Source: an uncultured Chloroflexia bacterium (GTDB lineage: Bacteria > Chloroflexota > Limnocylindria > Limnocylindrales > CSP1-4). From it: a DNA stretch of 64,000 nt. Position numbers and translations under genes: made by a program. The DNA is taken from the NCBI GenBank assembly GCA_963748625.1, contig CAVVJT010000010.1, positions 800,001-864,000 on the forward strand, read 5' to 3'. This document shows, piece after piece, positions 41,137 to 49,922 of this stretch (positions are counted from its first letter, which is position 1; every line of letters starts with the position of its first letter). The notes under the pieces were generated by a model that was not told the origin of the DNA, made no database searches, and saw only the letters and a list, made by a program, of their open reading frames with translations.

Positions 41137-43677
41137 CGCGATCGGCTGCCTGCCGGCGATCCGTGCAGGCTGCGCCGCGGCAAGCATGGCGAGCGCCACC
41201 CCGAGGACCAGGGCGAGCCCGATCGTCGCGAACGGGATCTGGATGCCGCCGTCCGTCCTGCCCCCCGACGTCACCACCAGCAGGATCCCCAGGCCGATTC
41301 CCGCAAGCGAGCCCATCAGCGCTCCGATCGCGCCCAGGATGCCGGCCTCCACCAGCACGCTGCGCCACACCTGGCGACGGCTCATGCCGACCGCCCGCAG
41401 CACGCCCAGCTCGCGCGCGCGCTCGAACGTGTCCATCGAGAGCGTGTTCACGATACCGAGGGCGGCGATCACGACGGCCGCCATCGCGATGAGATCCAGC
41501 AGCCCGAAGACCCGGTCGAGCGCGTCCGACACGGCGCCCTCGATCTCGGTGACGGGCGCCACCGTCAGCGCGTACTCCGTGGCCAGCGCCGCCACCGCGG
41601 CCCCTGCATCGCCGTTCCCGGGCAAGGTGTCCCCGTACCGGACCGCGAACGAGTCCGCGCCGACCACGCCGAACGCCGTCTCGGCATCGGGCCAGCCCAC
41701 CAGCACCGTGTCGCCCGAGCGACCTGGGAATGAGCGGTCCACGAGACCCACGACCCGCAGCTCCACGAGGCCCTCGGCGGTGGAGATCGCCAGCAAATCA
41801 TCAAGCCCCACCCCCAGCTCCTGCGCCCGCGCCTGCGGCAGGATCATCGCGCCGCCCTGGTCAAGCGCCGCGAAGGCTGCGGAACGATCGCCGGCCAGGA
41901 AGCGCAACCGCCCGTCGGCCTCGAAATCGGCGCCCACGATGGCCGTCGCCTCGAGCCTGGTGCCGTCGTAGGCAAGATCGAAGGCCGCGAGCGGCGTCGC
42001 CGAGCCGACCCCATCGATGGCCGCCAGCTGCTCCTCCACCCCGCCCTCGCCCACCGGCGCCGGGGCGATCGCGGTCAGCACCTCGTCGCCGGGCACCACG
42101 TCGTACAGCCACGCGGTCGCCGTCACACGGGCGTTCGCCTGGACGGAGCCCAAGGCCACCACCATCGCGAGGCCCACCACGAGCGTGCCCACGGTCAGCG
42201 TGGTCCGGCTCGGGTCACGGGCGATGGCAGCACGGGCAAGCCGCTCCTCGAGGCGCAGCACGAGCGCGAACGGCGCCCCTGCGATCCGCCCGAGCGGTCT
42301 GAGCAGGACCGGCGTCAGCAGGACGGCGCCCAGGAGGACGCCATAGACCAGGACAGTGCGGGCCAGGCCCAGCGGTGACCCCTCCCCCACCGGCAGCAGG
42401 AGCAGCGCCACCAGGCCCATCGCGCCGATCACCACGATCAGCCAGCTGATGTGGGCGCGGGCCGCAGCCCCCGGATCGGAGCGGGCGCGCAGGGCGATGA
42501 CCGGCGCCACCGAGGCGGCCCGGCGAGCGGGCTCGGCGGCGGCGACCAGGGTCAGGACCAGCCCCACCACGAGGCCGGTCAGGAAGATCTCCGGCGAGAG
42601 GCGCGGCGCCTGGAGGTTGATGTTCCCGGACTGCCGCAGCCACCACGTCACCAGCTGCGCCAGGAGCACGCCGAACGCCAGGCCGGTGATGGAGCCGGCG
42701 ACACCGAGGACGAGTGCCTGGACCACGACCACGCGGACGATCTGGCCCCGGGCGGCGCCTGCGGCCCGCAGCAGGGCGAGCTCGCGGATGCGCTCCACCA
42801 CGGTCATTGCGAGCGTGTTGAGGATCATGAACGCGGCCGCGAACAGCGTGATCGAGGCCAGCAGGGCCATGGTGCCCCGGATGTCGGCGGTGGAGGCCCG
42901 CATGGCCGCGGCGAGGTCCCGCGGGACGCTGAGGACGTACGGCTCCACATCGAGCGCGTCGGAGAGAGCGGCCGTCACCTGGTCGAGGTCGGCGCCCTTG
43001 GCCAGCACAGCGTCGATCCGGGCCACGCCCGCGAGCGTGCCCTGGGGTGGTGGCGGGTCGCCGTCGAACAGCGCGAGCCGCATGGCCGTCTCGATCGGCA
43101 GGATCACCGTCCGCCCCGCGGCGTCGGCCACCGGCCCGTCGCCCGGGACGATCCCCACCACGCGCACCGACAGTGGCCGGCCGGCGCCCAGGATCGCAAT
43201 CCGCGAGGCGATGGTCAGGCCCTCCTCGGCGGCGAGGCGCTCCGTGATGAGGGCGGCCTCCTCGTCGGGCTCCTGGAGCGGCACCCCGGCCACGAGGGCG
43301 AGGTCGCGCACCTTGGGCTCGGCCGCCGGATCGATGCCCAGCACCGTGACCGGGTCGGTGATGACGGGCGTGCCGGGCTCGGACTCCAGGAACGCGCGGC
43401 GCTCGATGACCGGCGCGACCACCGCGATGCCGGGCACGGCGGCCAGGCGGTCCACGGTGGCGTCGGACAGGCCACCTTCCGCGAAGGCGGCGACGCGCAG
43501 GTCCGCGCGACCCACGATCGAGGCCACGGTCCGGTCGATCGCATCGTCCATGCCCGCGTCCACCGCGAGCGCCGCAACCAGCACGGCGACGCCGATGGCG
43601 ATGCCGAACACGGTCAGCAGGCTCCGCGCGGGCCTCGCGACGAGGCTCCGCCACGCGTACGGGAGGAGGCCGCGCAT
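41116..43677 (-). CDS. FtsX/MacB-like ABC permease (duplicated domain)
   Basis: Two NTLxMxxxERxRELxxLRA motifs, multiple TM helices, two large extracytoplasmic loops. Confidence 0.9.
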   Translation of the reverse strand: MRGLLPYAWRSLVARPARSLLTVFGIAIGVAVLVAALAVDAGMDDAIDRTVASIVGRADLRVAAFAEGGLSDATVDRLAAVPGIAVVAPVIERRAFLESEPGTPVITDPVTVLGIDPAAEPKVRDLALVAGVPLQEPDEEAALITERLAAEEGLTIASRIAILGAGRPLSVRVVGIVPGDGPVADAAGRTVILPIETAMRLALFDGDPPPPQGTLAGVARIDAVLAKGADLDQVTAALSDALDVEPYVLSVPRDLAAAMRASTADIRGTMALLASITLFAAAFMILNTLAMTVVERIRELALLRAAGAARGQIVRVVVVQALVLGVAGSITGLAFGVLLAQLVTWWLRQSGNINLQAPRLSPEIFLTGLVVGLVLTLVAAAEPARRAASVAPVIALRARSDPGAAARAHISWLIVVIGAMGLVALLLLPVGEGSPLGLARTVLVYGVLLGAVLLTPVLLRPLGRIAGAPFALVLRLEERLARAAIARDPSRTTLTVGTLVVGLAMVVALGSVQANARVTATAWLYDVVPGDEVLTAIAPAPVGEGGVEEQLAAIDGVGSATPLAAFDLAYDGTRLEATAIVGADFEADGRLRFLAGDRSAAFAALDQGGAMILPQARAQELGVGLDDLLAISTAEGLVELRVVGLVDRSFPGRSGDTVLVGWPDAETAFGVVGADSFAVRYGDTLPGNGDAGAAVAALATEYALTVAPVTEIEGAVSDALDRVFGLLDLIAMAAVVIAALGIVNTLSMDTFERARELGVLRAVGMSRRQVWRSVLVEAGILGAIGALMGSLAGIGLGILLVVTSGGRTDGGIQIPFATIGLALVLGVALAMLAAAQPARIAGRQPIATAVLAE

Positions 43678-43686
43678 CCCGGACGC

Positions 43687-44481
43687 CTACAGGCCCAGGA
43701 CGGCCAGGCGGGTGATCAGCGGGCCCGCGGCATGGTCCTCGCGGCGGCCCAGGACGATCTCGTCCTGGATCGTGCCGTCGCCCACCACGAGCACCCTGTC
43801 GGCGTAGGCGGCGGTCTTCGCGTCGTGGGTCACGAGCACCACCGTCTGGCCACGCTCCACGCACGTGCGCCAGAGCGCATCGAGCAGGTCCAGGCCCGTC
43901 TTGAAGTCCAGGTTGCCGGTGGGCTCGTCGGCGAACAGCAGGGCGGGGCGGGTGACGATCGCCCGCGCCACGGCGACGCGCTGCCGCTCGCCCGCGGAGA
44001 GCTCGTCTGGCTTGTGGCGCTCCTTGCCGGTGAGCTCCACGATCTCGATGGCCTCGCGCACGCGCCCCGCCAGCTCACCCTTGGAGGGGTCCTGGCCCGC
44101 GATCGTGAACGGCAGGCCGACGTTCTCCACCACGTTGAGCAGCGGCACCAGGTTGAACGACTGGAACACGAAGCCGGTTCGCTCGCGCCGCAGGCGGGTG
44201 GCCTGCTCGTCGTTGAGGTGGCTGATGGACTCGCCCTGGAGCAGGACCTCGCCCGACGTGGGGCGGTCGAGCCCGCCCAGGAGCTGGAGCAGCGTGCTCT
44301 TGCCCGAACCGGACGGACCCATGAGCGCCACGAACTCCCCGGCCATCACCTGCAGCGAGACGCCGCGGACCGCCTGGACCACCTCGCCCGGCATCGGGTA
44401 CTGGCGGGTGACGTTGCGCGCCTCCAGTATCGGCCGGTCTTCGGGCCGCGCGGCGGTCGCACCTGCGTCGGCGGCGGTCAT
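43687..44481 (-). CDS. ABC ATP-binding protein (LolD/MacB-like)
   Basis: GPSGSGKST, LSAGERQR, ADEPTGNLD, VTHD. Confidence 0.93.
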   Translation of the reverse strand: MTAADAGATAARPEDRPILEARNVTRQYPMPGEVVQAVRGVSLQVMAGEFVALMGPSGSGKSTLLQLLGGLDRPTSGEVLLQGESISHLNDEQATRLRRERTGFVFQSFNLVPLLNVVENVGLPFTIAGQDPSKGELAGRVREAIEIVELTGKERHKPDELSAGERQRVAVARAIVTRPALLFADEPTGNLDFKTGLDLLDALWRTCVERGQTVVLVTHDAKTAAYADRVLVVGDGTIQDEIVLGRREDHAAGPLITRLAVLGL

Positions 44482-44516
44482 GCGGTCTCCCGTCGAGTGC
44501 GGATCACGGCGGCTCC

Positions 44517-45503
44517 CTAGCGTCCGAAGTACTGCGCGGCGATGGCGTTGAGGATCGAGTCCACGAGGCCCACCTCAACGGGCCGGTCCACGATCGCAAA
44601 GGTCGTCCAGCCGGAGCCGGGCTCCTCGGTGGGGATCGGCACGGGCGTGGGCTCCTCGGACGGGCTCGCACTGGGCGTGGCGGCGGCCGGCGTGGAGATG
44701 GCGGACGCGGTGGGCGCGGCCGTCGCGAGCGGGACTGAGGGGCTGGGCGACGAGGTCGGCTTCTTCGTGGGCTTCGGGGTCCGCCTCGGCTTCGGGGTCG
44801 GCTTCGGCGTCGGTTTGGCGGTCCGTTGGGCTGTCGGCTTCGGCGTCGGCCGCTTCGTGGGCTTGGGCGTGGGCTTCGGGGTCGGCTTCGCCGTCGGTTT
44901 GGGGGTGGCGCCGCCCGATCCGCACTTGTCGGCGAAGAGGACGGTCCAGACGTACTTGTCCTCCGTCCAGCGGATGGCCCCCACGCCCACGACGTCCCAG
45001 GCCTTGCCCATGATGTTGGCGCGGTGACCCTTCGACTTCATCCACTCGTTGAACACGTACGTGGTGACGTCCGACTCCGAGGCGCCGGGCCATGTCACGG
45101 TCCCGATGTTCTCGCCCGCCACCTTGAAGCAGTAGTCGTACTTGTACTGCATGTACCAGAAGACTTCGTGGCTCGTGCCCTTGACCGTGTGCGAGAGGTA
45201 GTTGCGGTCCGCCATGTCCTCGCTGCGCCAGCGCGCGATGGAGCGGAGGGTGCTGTCGAGCTTGAGCGTGCGCAGGCCGGCCGATGCGCGGGCCTGGTTC
45301 TGCAGCGAGATCACCAGGCTCTCGGAGTCGCTGCTGTAGTTGCCCTCGGCCCAGGCGCGTGCAGGACCCGCGACGACCGCAAGGCTGGAGATTGCGAATG
45401 CGAGCGCAGTGACCAGCGCAACCCAGCGGCTGGTCAGCAGGCGGGCGATCCGCGGGCGAGCGGGCGACGGGCGGGCGATCGACGGGGCATGAGCGGGCGT
45501 CAT
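44517..45503 (-). CDS. CAP/SCP domain protein with (KPTP)n linker
   Basis: [29 protein letters not shown]; TM/signal at the N-terminus. Confidence 0.85.
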   Translation of the reverse strand: MTPAHAPSIARPSPARPRIARLLTSRWVALVTALAFAISSLAVVAGPARAWAEGNYSSDSESLVISLQNQARASAGLRTLKLDSTLRSIARWRSEDMADRNYLSHTVKGTSHEVFWYMQYKYDYCFKVAGENIGTVTWPGASESDVTTYVFNEWMKSKGHRANIMGKAWDVVGVGAIRWTEDKYVWTVLFADKCGSGGATPKPTAKPTPKPTPKPTKRPTPKPTAQRTAKPTPKPTPKPRRTPKPTKKPTSSPSPSVPLATAAPTASAISTPAAATPSASPSEEPTPVPIPTEEPGSGWTTFAIVDRPVEVGLVDSILNAIAAQYFGR

Positions 45504-45590
45504 CGCCGTCCAGTGTCGCGCATGGCAGGCCCGGTGCGCACTCCACCGTTGAGGTCGCGGGAGGATGGGCGTCCGGACTACGCTGGGCCG

Positions 45591-46743
45591 ATGCACGTCG
45601 TGGTGATCGGGGGCGGGATCACGGGCACGGCCACGGCCGCGTTCCTGGCGCGGGCGGGCGCGCGGGTGACGCTCGTGGAGCAGGCGGGCCTCGCGTCGGG
45701 AGCGTCGGGTGCGAACTCGGGCGTGGTGTACCACCCGTTCGACGCGGTGCTCACCGCGCTGTACCACCCGACGGTCGCCCTGTACCGGGAACTGCAGGCG
45801 GAGGACGCCGGTTTCACCCTTGGCGTGGAGCCTGCCGGCGTGCTCTACGTGTCCCGCGATGGCGACGTGGTGCGCCTCGTGGCGTCGCGGATCCGGGCGT
45901 TGTTCCCCGCGCTGGCGGTGGACGAGGTCGAGGGTGGCGGCCTGCGCGCACTCGAACCCGCCGTCGCGCCGGATCTGCTCGCCTGTCGGGCTGGGATCGG
46001 GTTCCCCGTGGCTCCCGGGTCCGCGACCTACGCCTATGCCACCGTCGCGGAACGGGCCGGGGCGGTGGTGCGGGCCGGACGCACGGCGGCGCTGGCGGAG
46101 GTGGATGCGGCAGAGCCAGGCCGGAGGCCGTGTGGAGGGCGTCGTCGTCGATGGCGTCCTCGTCGAAGCCGATGCCGTGGTCGTTGCCGCGGGCCCGTGG
46201 ACGCCCGAGGTGCTGGACCCGGGCGGCACCTGGTCGCCGATCGTGCGCCGCTGGGGCGTGGTGGTGGAGGCGTTCCTGGGCGACGGGCCGCGACACGTGC
46301 TGGAGGAGGCCGAGGGCGAGGTGGACGTGGGTGCGGTGGAGCTCGTCGAGCCCGGCCTGCCTGAGCCTGTCGACCCCGGGTTCAGCCTCGTGCCCACGCC
46401 GGGCACGGCGTCGATCGGGTCCACGTGGCTTGCCGCGGAGCCTGACCCTGACGCCTGGACGGAGCGAATCCTCGAGCGGGCCGTGGCGTACGTCCCGTCC
46501 GTGCTGGACGCCCCGATCCGCGGCACCCGCTGCTGTGCCCGCCCGGTCAGCGTGGACGGCCGGCCGCTGGTCGGGCGGGTTCCGGGTCGCGAGAACGTGT
46601 ACGTGTGCTCGGGGCACGGACCGTGGGGGATCTCCACGGGGCCCGCATCGGCACGGCTGGTGGCGGACCTGGTGCTGGGCGGTTCGCCGCTCATCGATCC
46701 CGCACTGGATCCGGCGCGGTTCGGCGTGCCCGGCGGGAGCTGA
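45591..46743 (+). CDS. FAD-dependent oxidoreductase (DAO/glycine oxidase family), apparent frameshift ~46105
   Basis: [44 protein letters not shown]. Confidence 0.88.
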
Positions 46744-46852
46744 GACAGGCTGGAGGACTCCGGGCCGCAACCCGCGTCCGGCGCAGCGTCCCGTATACTG
46801 CGCCGGTCCCCGGATGCAGGGCCCTCGTGGTCGGTGCGCCCGGAGCGGGCAT

Positions 46853-46928
46853 GGTGGCCTTAGCTCAATGGCAGAGCATCGGATTGTGGCTCCGAAGGTT
46901 ACGGGTTCGAGCCCCGTAGGCCACCCCA
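46853..46928 (+). tRNA. tRNA-His (GTG)
   Basis: Acceptor GTGGCCT/AGGCCAC with G-1:C73, anticodon arm tcgga-TTGTGGC-tccga, GGTTCGA T loop, encoded CCA; TATACT upstream. Confidence 0.97.
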
Positions 46929-47094
46929 CCATCTCGGACGATCCGTGCGTGCGCGGGGCGCCCTACGTCGCGGTTGCACGTCCCGGCCCACGTGGGGGGC
47001 GAATCCGCACCTCCCACGCACGAGGTGCGCGTGAAACCCGACCTTTCGAACCTGGACCCTGCGTGAACCGGGCCGGAACGCCCCCCACGTGGGG

Positions 47095-47273
47095 CGCGGT
47101 GCGGGTCGTGAGCGCGGAGCGCCTGGATACCGGGCACTCGCGAGGATGACGTCGACCCCGGCATCCGCAACACGACGAACGGCCTCGCGCACGGCGGGAC
47201 GGATCCGATGGCCGGGGTCCAGCAGGGTGCCGTCAACGTCGATGGCGAGGGCCGCGATCACGTGGTCGTTCAT
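47095..47273 (-). pseudogene. Truncated Cof-type HAD hydrolase
   Basis: ALAIDVDGTLL..VILASAR (motifs I and II) then loses similarity and runs into an inverted repeat and the tRNA. Confidence 0.7.
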
Positions 47274-47306
47274 GGGCGAGGAAGGCTGGCAGCGCACCTG
47301 CCGGGA

Positions 47307-47978
47307 TTACGGAAGCTTGGTGGTGCCGAAGGTCTCGTACCAGTCGGCGGCGAAGGCGTTCACCGCCTGGGTGACATCAGGTGCCCCGAGAGCGGCGCGG
47401 AGCAGCGCCGGGGGCAGCGTGACGGCCGTGGCGCCCGCCTCGAAGGCCGCGCTCACCTGGGCCACGTTCTTGAAGCTGGCGGCCATGATCTTGCACGCCG
47501 CGCCGTGCCGGTCGATGAACTTGGCAAGGGACTTGATGGTGGCGCTGGTGTCGATGTCCAGGCTCTCCATCCGGTTGAAATAGGGCGCGATGTAGTCGGC
47601 GCCGGCCGCGATCGCGAGCATGCCCTGGGTCTTGGAGTAGATGGCGGTGGCGGTCACCCCGATGCCCTCGTCCTTGAGCAGCCGCATCGCGTGGATGCCC
47701 TGCTCCGTGGTCGGGATCTTCGCGTACACCTTGCCGTCGACCTGGTCGAGCAGGCGGTGGGCGTCGGCGACGATGCCGGCGGCGTCCTGCGCCAGCACCT
47801 GGATGTGCAGCGTCCGATCCGGGCCGATGATCTCGCGGATGCGGCGGAAGTGGTTGTAGAAGTCGATCCGGCCCTCGGCCTTGATGATCGTGGGGTTCGT
47901 CGTCACGCCTGCGACCGGGTAGAGCGGCGTCATCTCCTCGATGTCGCGCAGGTTGGCAGTATCGAACAGGATCTCCAC
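47307..47978 (-). CDS. fsa: Fructose-6-phosphate aldolase (transaldolase family)
   Basis: FDTAN, GVTTNPT, KIP Schiff-base Lys, HIQV (Gln) and IAPYFNR (Tyr), AASFKN. Confidence 0.85.
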   Translation of the reverse strand: MEILFDTANLRDIEEMTPLYPVAGVTTNPTIIKAEGRIDFYNHFRRIREIIGPDRTLHIQVLAQDAAGIVADAHRLLDQVDGKVYAKIPTTEQGIHAMRLLKDEGIGVTATAIYSKTQGMLAIAAGADYIAPYFNRMESLDIDTSATIKSLAKFIDRHGAACKIMAASFKNVAQVSAAFEAGATAVTLPPALLRAALGAPDVTQAVNAFAADWYETFGTTKLP

Positions 47979-48006
47979 TCGGTTCCTCGCTTCAGCAGCC
48001 CGGCCG

Positions 48007-48052
48007 AGCCGGGATGGACCAATCAACGCAGCCGGGATGGACCAATCAACGC
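48007..48052. repeat. 23-bp perfect tandem duplication spanning the stop codon of the HAD phosphatase
   Basis: agccgggatggaccaatcaacgc twice. Confidence 0.9.
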
Positions 48053-48720
48053 AGCAGGCGAAGCCGGCCTTCCCACACCACCTGCCGGAGGTCGGGAACC
48101 ACTGCCGCCTCATGAGCGACCGGCGCACCCGACCCGACGCGGACGATGCAGGCCACGCCGGCAGCGTGCGCCGCGGCGATCCCCGGCGTGGTGTCCTCGA
48201 AGACCGCGGCTCGCCCTCCACCGACCCCAAGCTGTCGGAGCGCGGACGCGTAGCCCTCCGGGTGCGGCTTGCCGCGAACGACATCGTCGGCGGTGATCAC
48301 GACCCGGGGCCTCGGAAGGCCGGCAGCGCGGATACGGGCATCGAAGAGCGCCGGGCTGGCCGACGTCACGACGGCCCAGCGGTCCGCAGGGAGGCGCGTG
48401 AGGAGCTCCAGGGCTCCTGGGATCATCCGGACGGTGTCGGCGTCCGCTATCTCGATCTCCTCGATGAGGTCGCAGCCCTCAGCCACGAGGTCACCGGGCA
48501 GCCAGGTCGCCACGGTGTCGGGCGATGTCCGTCCATTTGAAGCGGCGAGCACGGTGGCGCCGTCCAGGCCGAAGCGTTCTGCCCAGCGCCCCCACGACCG
48601 GTCCACGCTGGCAGCCGAGTCGACCAGGACGCCATCGCAGTCGAAGATGATCGCCTCGACGCCGGCGAGCAGGGCCTCGCCGGGAGAGGCAGGATCCGCG
48701 CCTGCCACCGACTCAGCCAC
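48046..48720 (-). CDS. HAD-IA sugar phosphatase (YfbT-like)
   Basis: IFDCDGVLVDS, WAVVTSA, GKPHPEGY, FED. Confidence 0.88.
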   Translation of the reverse strand: MAESVAGADPASPGEALLAGVEAIIFDCDGVLVDSAASVDRSWGRWAERFGLDGATVLAASNGRTSPDTVATWLPGDLVAEGCDLIEEIEIADADTVRMIPGALELLTRLPADRWAVVTSASPALFDARIRAAGLPRPRVVITADDVVRGKPHPEGYASALRQLGVGGGRAAVFEDTTPGIAAAHAAGVACIVRVGSGAPVAHEAAVVPDLRQVVWEGRLRLLR

Positions 48721-48782
48721 GGGGCGTGAGGAGCGGCTCGAGGCGGACGACCGGGTGTGCGCCCGCAAGCCCCGGAGCGGGC

Positions 48783-49922
48783 CTAGAACGTCGAGGCCAC
48801 ATCGATGACCCTGCCCTCGCGAGCGGACTGCTGTGCGGCAAGCATCACCTCGAGCACGTGCCGCGCGTGACGCCCACTCGCGATCGGCTGCACGCCATCG
48901 CGGACGCAGTCCGCAAGGTGCTCAATCAGGGACCCGCGCTGCAGCTCGGCGAACCGGTCGGATCCCACCGGGAAGATGTCGTAGCTCTGCGGCGTGATCC
49001 AGCCGCCAAGGCCGGGCGCTGCGTCAAGCCGGTACACCTCGACGGGCGGCGCTGCGACATCACCGCGGTTGACGAGGAGCGTGCCCTCAAGGCCGAACAC
49101 CTCCATGCGCGGGCTCCGCGAGGCGACCACGTTGTAGGTCCCGTCGATGACGGCGAATGTCGCCTCGCCGAAATCCAGGAGGAGCAGGTTGTTGTCGGGC
49201 GCCGTCACGGGAATGGTCACACCGTCGTACGGGCCGCCACGTGCAATCCGCGTCGGGACCGTGATCCCGGACATGGCCGACACCCGCTTGGCCGCACCAA
49301 GGACGCCTGTGGCCTGGGTGATGCCGTACACCGCCATGTCCAGGAGCGCACCGACGCCGTCCTTGTAGAACTGCGACGGATCGACCGGCCAGGAGAGTCC
49401 GGCGGCCCCGGCGTGCGAGGACTGCACCCGCGCGAAGGCGACCTTGCCGATCGCCCCCCGGGCGACAAGATCCCGTGCGCGCGCCCACTCGGACGCGAGC
49501 ATGTCGGCGGGCGCTGCCACGACGTAGAGGTTCCGGCGATCCGCCAGGTCGAGGAGCTCGTCGGCCTCGGCAAGCGTGGTCGTGATCGGCTTCTCCGTGA
49601 TGAGGTGGCGCCCGGCGTCGAGGATCTGCTTCGAGGCGGTGAAGTGCGCGGGGCCTGGCAGCAGGTTGACCACGGCGTCCAGGTCGAGCGCAAGCAGATC
49701 GTCCAGCGATTCGACCGCCCGGCCGATGTCGTGCGCCTCGGCGACGGCCCGCGCCTGGTCGATGCGCAGGTCGGCGATGGCGATCAGCTCTACCCGGTCC
49801 CGGATCTTGCCCAGGTGCGGCAGGTAGCCATAGCCGATGGTCGCGATCATGCCGGCGCCCAGGACGCCCACCCGCATGCGGGACCCGGCGGCAGGCTGGG
49901 CGGAAGGCATGTCTGCTGTCAT
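48783..49922 (-). CDS. Gfo/Idh/MocA oxidoreductase
   Basis: VGVLGAGMIA, TEKP, GALLDMAVY. Confidence 0.9.
   Translation of the reverse strand: MTADMPSAQPAAGSRMRVGVLGAGMIATIGYGYLPHLGKIRDRVELIAIADLRIDQARAVAEAHDIGRAVESLDDLLALDLDAVVNLLPGPAHFTASKQILDAGRHLITEKPITTTLAEADELLDLADRRNLYVVAAPADMLASEWARARDLVARGAIGKVAFARVQSSHAGAAGLSWPVDPSQFYKDGVGALLDMAVYGITQATGVLGAAKRVSAMSGITVPTRIARGGPYDGVTIPVTAPDNNLLLLDFGEATFAVIDGTYNVVASRSPRMEVFGLEGTLLVNRGDVAAPPVEVYRLDAAPGLGGWITPQSYDIFPVGSDRFAELQRGSLIEHLADCVRDGVQPIASGRHARHVLEVMLAAQQSAREGRVIDVASTF

Noticed and set aside
46929-47100. Integrase or prophage at tRNA-His
   Set aside because: No recombinase or phage gene and no duplicated tRNA 3' end within the window.
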